Virus record (IMG/VR): IMGVR_UViG_3300035670_000018
Coordinates: 1-64,000 of that record
Reading direction: 5' to 3' (one strand)
Source of the DNA: a virus
Length of the DNA stretch: 64,000 nt
Under the pieces are notes generated by a model. It searched no databases and was not told the DNA's origin. It saw nothing but the letters and a program-made list of their open reading frames with translations. Of this stretch, positions 17,307 through 28,101 are shown in pieces. Position 1 is the first letter of the stretch; each line of letters opens with the position of its first letter. Position numbers and translations under genes: made by a program.

Positions 17307-18131
17307 ATGGCCATAGCTTATAAACAAGATCAAGAAAATACTGTGCCAAAATATGACACCCCACCGGACGCAAATGGTATAGACGGTGCTTTGGTATATC
17401 CTAACTTTACCTGTCAAAGAACAAGAGGTGGTCATACAATTACATGTGATGATAGTAAAGGTGCGGAAAGTATTACCATCAAGCATCGCTCAGGATCCAT
17501 GGTCCAGTTTTTGCCTGATGGTGCTATTCACTTTGTATCACATAATGGCCAATACACCACAGTATTTGGTGAAAATCGTATGACTGTGACTGGTGCATTT
17601 GATGTTGTAGTACAAGGTGGTGGTTCATTAAAAGTAGATGGTGACTACAACATGACTGTCATGGGTAATCATAATACCACAGTCAATGGTGATATGAACG
17701 TTACAGCCAAAAACATGAATCAAGTTATTCGTGGTAATATGGATACATCAGCACAGAATATGACAATGAAAGTTGCAGGATCAACTGAAGTAACTACAGA
17801 GGGAGTAACAACCATTTCATCTGATGGCGGTTTGTCACTGGCCTCTACTGGTGCGCCTGCATCTATTCTTTCAAAAGGTGACTTAGGCATCGGCACAACA
17901 GGTAAACTCATGATACATGCTGGAGGTGCAGCACATATTAAAACAGACACAAACATGGTTATGTCATCTGGTGGTACATTCCGTATGAAAGGTTTTGGAC
18001 AGATGGCATTTGATGGTGGTGCAGAAATTCGCATGAACGAAGGGATTGCAGGTGAAGCAGACAGTATGGCAATTAGTATGCCTGTTCCAAATAATCCTAA
18101 TCCAATAGCCGGCGGCTCAACTGTAGCATAA
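17307..18131 (+). CDS. 5: gp5 C-terminal beta-helix cell-puncturing needle
   Basis: YP.....TRGGH....DDSKGAE.I...HRSG......PDG motif and repeated VxGxxxxx octapeptides. Confidence 0.8.
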   Translation: MAIAYKQDQENTVPKYDTPPDANGIDGALVYPNFTCQRTRGGHTITCDDSKGAESITIKHRSGSMVQFLPDGAIHFVSHNGQYTTVFGENRMTVTGAFDVVVQGGGSLKVDGDYNMTVMGNHNTTVNGDMNVTAKNMNQVIRGNMDTSAQNMTMKVAGSTEVTTEGVTTISSDGGLSLASTGAPASILSKGDLGIGTTGKLMIHAGGAAHIKTDTNMVMSSGGTFRMKGFGQMAFDGGAEIRMNEGIAGEADSMAISMPVPNNPNPIAGGSTVA

Positions 18132-18139
18132 ATAAGAAC

Positions 18140-18541
18140 ATGGTAAACATAATCTCAAGAAAAAATGACTACTCAGATTTAGATTTGGACTTCATGCCAC
18201 ATCCAACAACAAAGGATGTCATGAAGAAAACAGGCATTGAAGCAATCAAGAGGTCAGTAAGAAATCTCATTCTTACAAACTTCTATGATAGACCATTTCA
18301 ACCGTATATCGGTTCAAATGCGCTAAAACTATTGTTTGATAATGCAACACCAATTACAGCCAATTTCCTAAACAATGCTATTCGTGAGACAATAACAAAC
18401 TTTGAACCGCGTGTTCGTTTAGAAGACTTGAGAGTTAACTTTGATCTTGATAACAATGGATATAACGTCACTCTTTATATTGTTATCCTAAACAGAAACG
18501 AACCAGCCGTCATAAACCTATTTCTAGAGCGTATTAGATGA
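18140..18541 (+). CDS. 25: Baseplate wedge subunit gp25
   Basis: YSDLDLDF..HP, AIKRSVRNLILTNFYDRPFQP, NFEPRV, LFLERIR; CATAAATA at 18127. Confidence 0.95.
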   Translation: MVNIISRKNDYSDLDLDFMPHPTTKDVMKKTGIEAIKRSVRNLILTNFYDRPFQPYIGSNALKLLFDNATPITANFLNNAIRETITNFEPRVRLEDLRVNFDLDNNGYNVTLYIVILNRNEPAVINLFLERIR

Positions 18542-20616
18542 GTACAGCAAACACTTCATTAAGAATAGCAGAGTTAGATTTTGATTCAATCAAGCTAAAT
18601 CTAAGAAACTATCTTCGCAGTCAGTCTGAATTCCAAGACTTTGATTTTGAAGGTTCGGGTATGAATATTCTAATAGACCTATTGGCCTATAATACTCACT
18701 ATATGGGTTATTATCTGAATATGGTAGGCAATGAATCATTTCTGGATACAGCACAGCTTAGAGAATCAATGATATCTGTGGCCAAGTTGATGAACTATGT
18801 TCCTAGAAGTAGTGAAGGAGCAACAACAAAACTGAATATAACAATCACACCAACAGCAGGTTCTGAAGATACAACAGCACAAGCAGTTACACTTGATCGC
18901 TACACAAAGCTTCTTGGCGCCGATATCAGTGGCGTAAACTATCCGTTTGTTACACTATATTCAAATACATCTATAAAGACAAATGGCAGCTTTAAGTTTG
19001 CAAATGTTGTTATCAAGCAGGGTGAAGTTGTTACACGCCAGTTTGAAATGGATGCTCAAAATACGCGCCGCAGATTTAAGATTCCATCTGCAAACGTAGA
19101 TGTTTCCACACTGCAAGTCTCAGTTCAGGAATCAAGCACAAATACCTATACCACTGTGTATAATCTATATGATGACATTACTTTGGTACAGGGCAATACA
19201 GCCGCATACTTTGTTGAGGAAGACACAGACTCAAACTATGTTGTGTATTTTGGTGATGACATCATTGGTAAAAAACCAAAGAACGGTAACATCATTAATC
19301 TGACATATCTTGATACGGTTGGTTCAGCAGCTAATAGTATTAATGCATTCTCGTTCATAGACAGAATTGGTGGTAAATACAGCAGCAATGTCATTGTCAA
19401 CTCAACTGGACCAACTTACGGTGCAGCACAGAAAGAGTCAGTAGAAGATATTCGTTTCCGCGCACCATATCACTATACTGTGCAGAATCGTGCTGTTACT
19501 AAAAATGACTATGAAACTTTAATTCTGAGAGATTTTCCTTTTGTAGATTCGGTATCGGTTTGGGGTGGTGAAGATAATGATCCTGTTGTTTATGGTAAAG
19601 TTTATATGTCTCTCAAACCAAGAACAAACTTCATTCTGACAACAGCACAAAAAGAAGAAATTAAAAACACTCTGATTAAGACCAGAAATGTTCTGACAAT
19701 CATTCCTGAAATTGTTGATCCAGACTTTGAATATGTGACAATGATTTGTAGAGTAAAGTATGATCCAAAGAAGACCACGCTTACAGCCGATCAGATTTCT
19801 ACTCTTGTTTTAGCTGCTATCTCAGATTATAACGATAGAGAACTTGAAAGATTTAACTCTATATTCAGAGAATCAAAACTTCAGTCTTATATTGAGAATG
19901 CAGAAAGATCCATTACTGGTTCTGACCTTGAAATCTATCTACAAAAGAGAGTTATTCTTCAGTTCAATAGACCGCAAAACCTTCGTGTAAAGTTTGACGT
20001 TCCTCTAAGAAAAGGTGACTTTCTGGCCAAACTCTTTACATTCCCGGAAGTTAAAATCTCAGATTTGGAAGGTGTTGTCAGAAACGCTTTTATTGAAGAA
20101 GTTCCAGAATCATTTACGGGTGTTGAAAGCATTACTATTGAAAATCCAGGCAGAAACTATTCATCAATACCAACAGTGAACATTCGTGGCGATGGTATCG
20201 GTGCTACTGCTGTGGCTAAAGTGGTTAACGGTAAGATTTCTACGATAGAAATTACAAACAAAGGTACCAACTATAACAGAGCCATCATATCAATTGAGGG
20301 CGGTGGTGGCACAGAAGCATCTGCTACCGCTGTTTTAGAAGCAAAAACAGGCACACTAAGAACATTCTATTATAGACCAAATGGTGAAAAAGTCATACTT
20401 AACGAAAATGCAGGATCTATTGATTATGATATAGGCGAAATTTTTCTGGAAAACTTTAATCCTGTTTCACTGACACCAAATGAATACTATCCTAATGATG
20501 TTCTAACATTTAATGTTCCTTCACAAGATGAAATTATTTATCCATTGAGAAATCGTGTTCTCTTGATAGATGAAGGCGACTCATATGCAACTCAGATTAT
20601 CGTAGAACCAGAATAA
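18538..20616 (+). CDS. 6: Baseplate wedge subunit gp6
   Basis: ELDFDSIK.NL..YL.SQSEF.DFDFEGSG...LIDLLAYNTHY, QNRAVT..DY, WGGEDN.P..YGKV. Confidence 0.95.
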   Translation: MSTANTSLRIAELDFDSIKLNLRNYLRSQSEFQDFDFEGSGMNILIDLLAYNTHYMGYYLNMVGNESFLDTAQLRESMISVAKLMNYVPRSSEGATTKLNITITPTAGSEDTTAQAVTLDRYTKLLGADISGVNYPFVTLYSNTSIKTNGSFKFANVVIKQGEVVTRQFEMDAQNTRRRFKIPSANVDVSTLQVSVQESSTNTYTTVYNLYDDITLVQGNTAAYFVEEDTDSNYVVYFGDDIIGKKPKNGNIINLTYLDTVGSAANSINAFSFIDRIGGKYSSNVIVNSTGPTYGAAQKESVEDIRFRAPYHYTVQNRAVTKNDYETLILRDFPFVDSVSVWGGEDNDPVVYGKVYMSLKPRTNFILTTAQKEEIKNTLIKTRNVLTIIPEIVDPDFEYVTMICRVKYDPKKTTLTADQISTLVLAAISDYNDRELERFNSIFRESKLQSYIENAERSITGSDLEIYLQKRVILQFNRPQNLRVKFDVPLRKGDFLAKLFTFPEVKISDLEGVVRNAFIEEVPESFTGVESITIENPGRNYSSIPTVNIRGDGIGATAVAKVVNGKISTIEITNKGTNYNRAIISIEGGGGTEASATAVLEAKTGTLRTFYYRPNGEKVILNENAGSIDYDIGEIFLENFNPVSLTPNEYYPNDVLTFNVPSQDEIIYPLRNRVLLIDEGDSYATQIIVEPE

Positions 20617-20617
20617 T

Positions 20618-23239
20618 ATGGCAAATACCAATACGGGCATTTCTACTTTTGTTTCATCACAATCTCCTTTCTTTGTAAGGAACGATCATCCTAACTTTGT
20701 TCGTTTTGTTGAAGCATACTATGAGTATCTTGAACAAGAAGGTAAAACAATCAATCGTGCAAAAGATTTCAGAAACGCTTTGGATATAGACCGCAGTATT
20801 GATCTATATACCGAAAAGCTTTATTCACAGTTTCTTAGCAACATTCCAGAAGAAGTTATAGCAGATAGAAATCTAATTCTTAAACATGCTAAAGATTTTT
20901 ATAGAGCCAGAGGTACCGAAAAATCAATTAAGTTTCTTTTGGCCATATTGTTTGATCAGGACACAAATTTCTACTATCCTAAAAGAGACATTCTAAAAGC
21001 ATCTGATGGCAAGTGGTATCAGGAAAAGTCTCTTAAAGTCTTTGATGTTCAAGTAAATAATACAAGTGATCCTGGCATCTTTACTGTTAAGAATTTTACA
21101 GGTAGACAAATTCGTGGTCAAACATCCAATGCGACAGCTACAGTGGAATCTGTTGACGTTTACTATGAAACCGGTGTTGTTGTTAAAGAACTGAAAATTT
21201 CTAATCAGATTAGAGATTTTACAGCAGGTGAAATCATTCGGGCTAAATTTGAAGAAGAAGGACAAGTAAAAGATATATCTGCAAATGTGTTCTCAGGAAT
21301 CATTGTTCGTGCAGATATCATTAATCGTGGTAACAACTATGTCGTAGGTCAAACAGCCAACGTTGAAAGCAATACAGGTTCAGGTGCTGTAATTGTTATT
21401 TCCGAAGTTTCAAGAGCAGCTATCAAGACCATATCGCCTCTTGATGGTGGTGCTGGATTCCAAAATAGCAATCTGATCCTTGTCAGTGGTGGTCTAGGTT
21501 TAGGCGCTAATGCAAACGTTGCTCTTGTTAACACAGATGAAACATATCATCCAAACACATACAACATTGGAATATCTCTGATTGGTTCGGAAGCAAATAC
21601 AATTATCGGGAATGTATCAACATCAAATTACGAAACTTTTGCTTATCCTAACTTAGATGTTGTTCTGGTAACTGTTCCTGCAAACACTTCAAATCTTGTG
21701 GCCAACACAGTATCAGGTACGCTTGTTAGTCAGCTATATTTTGATCAGAATATTGCAAACTCAAACGTATTTTTCCAAACAGGAGATTCGTTAAACGTCT
21801 ATAACGTTCTGACTGACTCAAACTATGTGCTTTACATTTCATCTAATACAGTAAGTACCTCAAACATACAGTTTACACCACAGATAGCAGGTAATCTTTC
21901 GTTTGAGCGTGTTGTAGTTCTTAAAGCTCCATTCTCTGCATGGTCTAATCTGACAATAAGTTGCGGCGCAGGCACATCAACATTATTAAATCTTTCAGCA
22001 TGGAAAGCAAACTCTAACGTCTTCTTTGAGACATATGATAACATATTCTGTTTTGGCACAAATGTTATGATCATGTCTTCTAACAGTATTAGCAATACTA
22101 TAACAGTAAGTCCTGGTTTGTCTGGTCCACTAGTAAATGAACCTTTCCAAGTAATAAAGAAGCCTAATGCATATACAACTTTGGCCAATTCAATGTTGTT
22201 CTTTACATATGCAAACACAGGTCCTATTCAGCGCGTTGTCGTATTGAATGGTGGTAATAACTACACAGGTAACATATCACTAACTGCTGTCGCAAACACA
22301 AGAGTAACCAATCTAGGTATTCTTGGTAGAATGGCAATTATAAATCGTGGTAGAGATTATGTTGTTGGAGATGAGATTGAATTCATCAATAAACCTGGAG
22401 CTACTATTGGTGCGGGTTCCGGTGCAAGAGGTTATGTAGCTTCTGTTAACGCAAGTGGCTCAATAGAAAGTGTAAAGTTCAAAGAAGTGCCTGGCAATTA
22501 TATTGGCGGATCAGGATATAACATGCTTGAACTACCTACAGCCAATATCATATCTGCAACAGGAATTGGTGGAAATGTAGTTGTCACAGCAATATTGGGT
22601 GCTGGTGAAAAACTGGTTAGTACCTCTGATGATATTGGTGCAATTCTAAGAATTCAAATTCTTTCTGGCGGTTCAGGATATCTAACACCACCAACAATCA
22701 ATCTTAAGGGATTTGGTTCTGGTACAGCACAGGTAGTACCAACTCTTGTACAGGGTGTGTTCTCTTATCCAGGCAGATATCTAAATGATGATGGGCATCT
22801 AAGCAGCTATAACTTCTTGCAAGATGGAAAGTATTATCATAATTATTCTTATGTTGTTCGTATACAACAAGCAATATCCAAATATCGCAATGCATTAAAG
22901 AGCCTTATTCATCCTGCAGGTATGAGTTTGTTTGGTGAGTATCTTAGAGTAGACGACGGCAATACATTAAACGTTCAAGTCAGATCAGTCAACAGTACAT
23001 TTAAGATAATATACAATCTTGCACAGTACAATGCAAATCTCGGCAATATTCGTATACACAAAACAGATCATGGTTTAGAAAACGGAAACACTGTTTATCT
23101 AGAATTCCAGTCAGGAAATACTATAAATATAATGAATGGTATATTCACTGTTGCAACCTCAAATGCCAATACATTTTTTGTATTGCAGGCAAACACGGTT
23201 AACACTTCTGGTAATGTCTATTATGGAAAAACAATATAA
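20618..23239 (+). CDS. 7: Baseplate wedge initiator gp7-like
   Basis: FVRFVEAYYEYLE, KDFYRARGTEKSIKFL, LQDGKYYHNYSYV, LIHPAGM.LFG. Confidence 0.85.
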   Translation: MANTNTGISTFVSSQSPFFVRNDHPNFVRFVEAYYEYLEQEGKTINRAKDFRNALDIDRSIDLYTEKLYSQFLSNIPEEVIADRNLILKHAKDFYRARGTEKSIKFLLAILFDQDTNFYYPKRDILKASDGKWYQEKSLKVFDVQVNNTSDPGIFTVKNFTGRQIRGQTSNATATVESVDVYYETGVVVKELKISNQIRDFTAGEIIRAKFEEEGQVKDISANVFSGIIVRADIINRGNNYVVGQTANVESNTGSGAVIVISEVSRAAIKTISPLDGGAGFQNSNLILVSGGLGLGANANVALVNTDETYHPNTYNIGISLIGSEANTIIGNVSTSNYETFAYPNLDVVLVTVPANTSNLVANTVSGTLVSQLYFDQNIANSNVFFQTGDSLNVYNVLTDSNYVLYISSNTVSTSNIQFTPQIAGNLSFERVVVLKAPFSAWSNLTISCGAGTSTLLNLSAWKANSNVFFETYDNIFCFGTNVMIMSSNSISNTITVSPGLSGPLVNEPFQVIKKPNAYTTLANSMLFFTYANTGPIQRVVVLNGGNNYTGNISLTAVANTRVTNLGILGRMAIINRGRDYVVGDEIEFINKPGATIGAGSGARGYVASVNASGSIESVKFKEVPGNYIGGSGYNMLELPTANIISATGIGGNVVVTAILGAGEKLVSTSDDIGAILRIQILSGGSGYLTPPTINLKGFGSGTAQVVPTLVQGVFSYPGRYLNDDGHLSSYNFLQDGKYYHNYSYVVRIQQAISKYRNALKSLIHPAGMSLFGEYLRVDDGNTLNVQVRSVNSTFKIIYNLAQYNANLGNIRIHKTDHGLENGNTVYLEFQSGNTINIMNGIFTVATSNANTFFVLQANTVNTSGNVYYGKTI

Positions 23240-23247
23240 GGTAGAAA

Positions 23248-24588
23248 ATGGTCGTTTCTGTTTACTCTAAAAATTTAAACGTATTCAATGCCGAACAGTT
23301 TAAGGAATCTGTAGCTGAAGAGGCCAATAACAGCATATATTTCACTATCGGCAAGACAGAATCATGGGCAAATGATGCAGAACCGCTACAAGCGAACAGT
23401 TCCATAACATCATTATATGAAATATACAGAAACATGATTGGAGCAAAGAAAATCACAGGTAATGATCTGTATCACTGTATTCCAAGAATAGATTGGACAC
23501 AAGGAACAATTTACGACCAATACGATCATTGCACATGTTCTTTGATTTTGTTCAATGCAAACACAAAATTCTATATTGTGACACCAAATTGGGATGTATA
23601 TAAGTGCATATCAAACAACAATGGTGCTCCATCACAGAACGTTCCTATACAAAAAATAACAACAGGAACAGTTACAGAAGTTGATGGTTACACATGGAAA
23701 TACATGTATACTATTACGCCAGCTGAACAGCTAAGATTTACAACAGAACAGTTCATACCTGTGAAAACACTTGAAAAAGACGATGGTTCACTTCAATGGG
23801 ATGTTCAAGAAAACGCAATTAATGGTGGACTAGAATATATTGAAGTAAGAAATGGTGGAAGTGGTTATACAGATAACACAAAACTTTGGATATCAATCAC
23901 AGGTGATGGAACAGGCGCTAATGCTTTTCCACAAACAAATGCATTGACAGGTCAGATATCAACAATTGTTATTGATATTCCAGGTTCAGGATATACATAT
24001 GCAGATATTCAAGTCTATGATGATTCAACATCAGGCGTTGGAGCAGAACTGAGAGCAATCATAAGTCCGCCTGGTGGACATGGTTCAGATCCTTTGCGTG
24101 AGTTAGGTGGTAGTAACATTATAATAAACGCAAGACTGAGATATGACGAAGATGGTAAATTGCCAGTTACAAATGATTTTAGACAGATTTCTCTAATAAA
24201 AGATCCGATTGCATATGGTACAGAAGTGATTAAGACTAATACTGCAATTTCACAACTAACAACATTAACACTATCAGGTGTAGGTGATGATAACTTCATT
24301 GAAGACGAAACTGTATATCAAGGTCTTTCTGTTTCCAATGCTTCGTTTACAGGAACAGTTGTAGAGTGGACAGATACAAATCTGATTAAGTTATCAAACG
24401 TTACAGGCGTACCAGAAGCAAGAACGTTAATAGGCGACACATCAGGCGCGACAGGTACAGTTATTATTCCATATACTGTGCCTGAGTTGAAGTTGAATTC
24501 AGGACAGTTGCTATATATTGATAACATCAAACCTGTTTCAAGATCATCCGACCAAATTGAAGACTTTAAGATAGTATTAAAATTTTAA
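23248..24588 (+). CDS. 8: Baseplate wedge subunit gp8
   Basis: VYKCISNNNG, DGYTWKYMYTI, PPGGHGSDP..ELG, DFRQISLIKDP, LYIDNIKP.SR..DQIEDFKIV. Confidence 0.92.
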   Translation: MVVSVYSKNLNVFNAEQFKESVAEEANNSIYFTIGKTESWANDAEPLQANSSITSLYEIYRNMIGAKKITGNDLYHCIPRIDWTQGTIYDQYDHCTCSLILFNANTKFYIVTPNWDVYKCISNNNGAPSQNVPIQKITTGTVTEVDGYTWKYMYTITPAEQLRFTTEQFIPVKTLEKDDGSLQWDVQENAINGGLEYIEVRNGGSGYTDNTKLWISITGDGTGANAFPQTNALTGQISTIVIDIPGSGYTYADIQVYDDSTSGVGAELRAIISPPGGHGSDPLRELGGSNIIINARLRYDEDGKLPVTNDFRQISLIKDPIAYGTEVIKTNTAISQLTTLTLSGVGDDNFIEDETVYQGLSVSNASFTGTVVEWTDTNLIKLSNVTGVPEARTLIGDTSGATGTVIIPYTVPELKLNSGQLLYIDNIKPVSRSSDQIEDFKIVLKF

Positions 24589-24607
24589 GAAGATTTAGGA
24601 TATAAAA

Positions 24608-27600
24608 ATGGCTAAGGCAAATGTAGCGAATACGCTTGTAGTTCCAACAGAAACAAAAGTATTTCCTTACTACGACGATTTTGACGAAGATAAAAACTTC
24701 TACCGTATTCTGTTTAGACCTGGATATGCTGTTCAGGCCAGAGAACTTACACAGCTACAAACAATTCTACAAAATCAGATTGAGAGATTTGGTCGTCACA
24801 TCTTTACCAACGGATCATCCGTAATTGGTGGTGAAGTTTATTTTCCGCCTAACACATATGCAACCATAAATCTAAATCCTACTTTTGCCAACACTACAAT
24901 TGACATTAATGAGTTTAACAAGAAAGTTGTTGTTTCTACCGACGCTGCTAATACAATTCAGTTTCGTGTTCTTGATGTGGCTGGTCCTACAGCCAATGAT
25001 CCTCCTGTACTTTTTGGATCATATCTTGGTGATAAAGAATTTACAGAGAATCAAACTCTTGTTGTAAAGAACGGTACATTTTTTGCAAATACAGCTTCAG
25101 CAAACTCAGGGTCTTTCAGTAAGTTTGCAGGTATAAAAGATAGCATTTTCTTTTATAATGGATTCTTCATCAAAGTTCCTTCACAGACGGTCGTTATTAG
25201 CAAGTATGATGTTCTGCCATCATGTCGCGTGGGTCTTGAGATTGATGATGGTATCATTACCGAGCAGTCAGATTCATCACTTTTGGATCCTGCACAAGAA
25301 TCATTTAACTATCAGGCACCTGGTGCAGCAAGATATAAAGCTGATTTGATTCTAACTTCTAGAACATTAGACAGTGTAGACGATAGTAAGTTCATTGAAT
25401 TGGCCAGAATTGAAGATGGTGTAATCAAGAACCTTGTAAAGTATCCTGTTTATTCAGAAATTGAAGAGGTATTTGCACGTAGAACATATGACGAGTCTGG
25501 CAACTATGTTGTAAAATCATTTAACATTACATTACAGCAAAGCACAAGAGATCCGGAAAATAACTTTACCGCTGTTCTTTCACCTGGTAAAGGTTATGTA
25601 TTTGGATATGAAATTGAGACAGCAGGCACAACAGAACTTGAAATTGAAAAGGGCAGAACACTCAATCGCGTTGATACCTATGATTTGAACATGAACTATG
25701 GTAACTATGTATACATAGACACACTTAGAGGTTTATTTGACACAACAGCCATGGATCTGTTTGATATTCATTGTGTATCTTGGCCACTGGTAAATACTAC
25801 AAATACACAAACATATAACAGAACAAAGATTGGTACCGGTCGTATCAAAGATTTAGAATTTTTCTCTGGTGACGTTGATGTGGATGCTCGCAAGTATGAA
25901 TTTTATCTATTTGATACAAACTTCATTAACATTACATCCAACATTGCATATTCAGACAATACAACAATAGTTAGATTATTTGCTAATAACTTGACAACAA
26001 ACGTCTCAAATGCATATAGCGGTGCTGTTCTTAGATTAGTAAATGGACCTGGTTCTGGATATGCTTATACAATTGAAAGTTATGACGCAGCAGCCAGAGA
26101 ACTAACACTGTCTACACCATTATTTGAGAACGTTTCTCCTGCAACAAATGCAGCAATTGAGTTTAGCTTTGGTAGTTCAGATTCATTTGTAAAGCAAGTA
26201 CCATATACATCAGGTGCAACAACAAATGCTTATGCTGAAATATCTACTCTAAGTAAGTCGGGCGGCAGAGCAAACGGACTTGCATTTATCAGCGAATCTT
26301 CATTAGAAACACTACTATTTCCTCTTCCAGATGAGTATATTGCATACGGCGCAAACGGTCTGCAAAACATGACATACTCATACAGAAGAAAATTTACCAC
26401 AACATTTACTGCTGGTGTATCAACACCTATTCAGGTAGACAACAATGAGGATTTTATTGGTACAACAGCATCAAGCAATATAGCTTCTACAATCACAGAT
26501 AACTTTTTAATTATCTGCACAGACAAGCAAGTTAGTGCTAGAGCAAATGGCGACATTATTAAGCCAACTGTGTCTGTATCAGGTTCTCCAGAACAAGCTA
26601 TATTTGACACTGGTAACACAGATCCAAACGATACATTTAGTGCTACTGTTTTTGCCAAAGTTGAATTTGATCCCGGTGTGGTTGCAAAACAGAAAGTTCT
26701 TCATCTGATGAACTATCAAACACTGACAAGCAATACACCAGTTACTTTGACAGGATGGAATACAGGAAGCAGTGCAAATGTTTACTTGCCTGATGGACAA
26801 GTTGTTATCACAAATCCGACAAGACAAATTGGTGTACCAGAAACTCTATACATATCGGATGTAACGGCAGTTCGTGTGTTTGATTTGAACGGATCAGCAG
26901 TTCCTTCTGGTGGTACTCTTCTATCAAACTACAATGATGTTACCAACAGATTTGAATTGGATAATGGACAAAGAGACAACTACTATGAACACGCTTCAAT
27001 CAAGCTGAAGCCTAACTATGCTTCATGCCGTGGTCCTCTACTTGTCTGCTGCCGATACTATGAGCATTTAGATATTGCATCTGGTGGTGGTGGTTATTTC
27101 TCTGTAGATTCATATCCGGATTTGAATGTTCAGATTGTTGAAAACGAGGTTAACTTGGGTGATGGATATTCAATTATTCCTCAACATGTTAGAAATGATG
27201 GTTCAGTGCTTGAGTTAAGAGATTGCATTGATTTCAGACCATCTAGACAGAATGCATCCAATACATCTCCAAACTCTACGTTAAGAGGAGTGAAGATTCC
27301 TTTACCGACAACAGACTTTGAATTGGACTATGAATACTATCTTGGCCGTAGAGCATTGATTGCTCTTGACAAGACTCGTCAGTTCTTGGTAATCAATGGC
27401 ATTCCTTCAAAGTTCCCACAGGATCCTTCTGCTCCTGCAAGTGCTATGGTTCTATACTCATTGGGCATTTCACCGTATACAGAATATCCAAGCAACGTAA
27501 AAGTTCGTTATGTGGATAACAGAAGATATACCATGCGTGATATTGGTAAAATTGACAAGAGAGTTGAAAATCTAGAATATTATGTATCTTTGAACACATT

Positions 27601-28069
27601 GGAAAAAAATGCTCTTGATTTGAACATTCCAGACGTTGATGGTTTGGATAGAGCAAAGTTAGGTGTGTTTGTTGATAGCTTTACATCACACTTGTTGGGC
27701 AATCCAACACTCGCAGATTATGCTTGCTCAATGAATTTCCAAGAAGGATGGCTACAAAATCAGAGTGAGACTGTTGGTGTCAAGCTTAAAGCCAATTCTT
27801 CTACAAGTTCAGATGTTATTATTGGTAAAGATAAGACAACTTTGAACTATTCTGAAACAGAATATCTTTCACAGAAATCAGCAACAAAGTTTTCACCTGT
27901 GGCTGAGTTCTTATATGCTGTTTTTGATGGTAATATCATTACATTGCCTGATGCTGATATTTGGTATAATACGAAACAAAGTCCAGACATTGTTGTGACA
28001 GATGAGGGTATTGATAAGTTTACTCTTGACAAGATATATCAAAGCATAGTCAACTCGCAGCAAAGATAG
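24608..28069 (+). CDS. Large virion structural protein, VrlC/DUF4815-like N-terminal part
   Basis: PYYDDFD..KNFYRILFRPG.AVQARELTQLQTILQNQIERFG, APGA.RY, ARRTYDESGNY, YTMRDIGK..KR..NLEYY. Confidence 0.85.
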   Translation: MAKANVANTLVVPTETKVFPYYDDFDEDKNFYRILFRPGYAVQARELTQLQTILQNQIERFGRHIFTNGSSVIGGEVYFPPNTYATINLNPTFANTTIDINEFNKKVVVSTDAANTIQFRVLDVAGPTANDPPVLFGSYLGDKEFTENQTLVVKNGTFFANTASANSGSFSKFAGIKDSIFFYNGFFIKVPSQTVVISKYDVLPSCRVGLEIDDGIITEQSDSSLLDPAQESFNYQAPGAARYKADLILTSRTLDSVDDSKFIELARIEDGVIKNLVKYPVYSEIEEVFARRTYDESGNYVVKSFNITLQQSTRDPENNFTAVLSPGKGYVFGYEIETAGTTELEIEKGRTLNRVDTYDLNMNYGNYVYIDTLRGLFDTTAMDLFDIHCVSWPLVNTTNTQTYNRTKIGTGRIKDLEFFSGDVDVDARKYEFYLFDTNFINITSNIAYSDNTTIVRLFANNLTTNVSNAYSGAVLRLVNGPGSGYAYTIESYDAAARELTLSTPLFENVSPATNAAIEFSFGSSDSFVKQVPYTSGATTNAYAEISTLSKSGGRANGLAFISESSLETLLFPLPDEYIAYGANGLQNMTYSYRRKFTTTFTAGVSTPIQVDNNEDFIGTTASSNIASTITDNFLIICTDKQVSARANGDIIKPTVSVSGSPEQAIFDTGNTDPNDTFSATVFAKVEFDPGVVAKQKVLHLMNYQTLTSNTPVTLTGWNTGSSANVYLPDGQVVITNPTRQIGVPETLYISDVTAVRVFDLNGSAVPSGGTLLSNYNDVTNRFELDNGQRDNYYEHASIKLKPNYASCRGPLLVCCRYYEHLDIASGGGGYFSVDSYPDLNVQIVENEVNLGDGYSIIPQHVRNDGSVLELRDCIDFRPSRQNASNTSPNSTLRGVKIPLPTTDFELDYEYYLGRRALIALDKTRQFLVINGIPSKFPQDPSAPASAMVLYSLGISPYTEYPSNVKVRYVDNRRYTMRDIGKIDKRVENLEYYVSLNTLEKNALDLNIPDVDGLDRAKLGVFVDSFTSHLLGNPTLADYACSMNFQEGWLQNQSETVGVKLKANSSTSSDVIIGKDKTTLNYSETEYLSQKSATKFSPVAEFLYAVFDGNIITLPDADIWYNTKQSPDIVVTDEGIDKFTLDKIYQSIVNSQQR

Positions 28070-28101
28070 TAGATAAATAGTTAAAAAGGCAATTTTGACA
28101 A

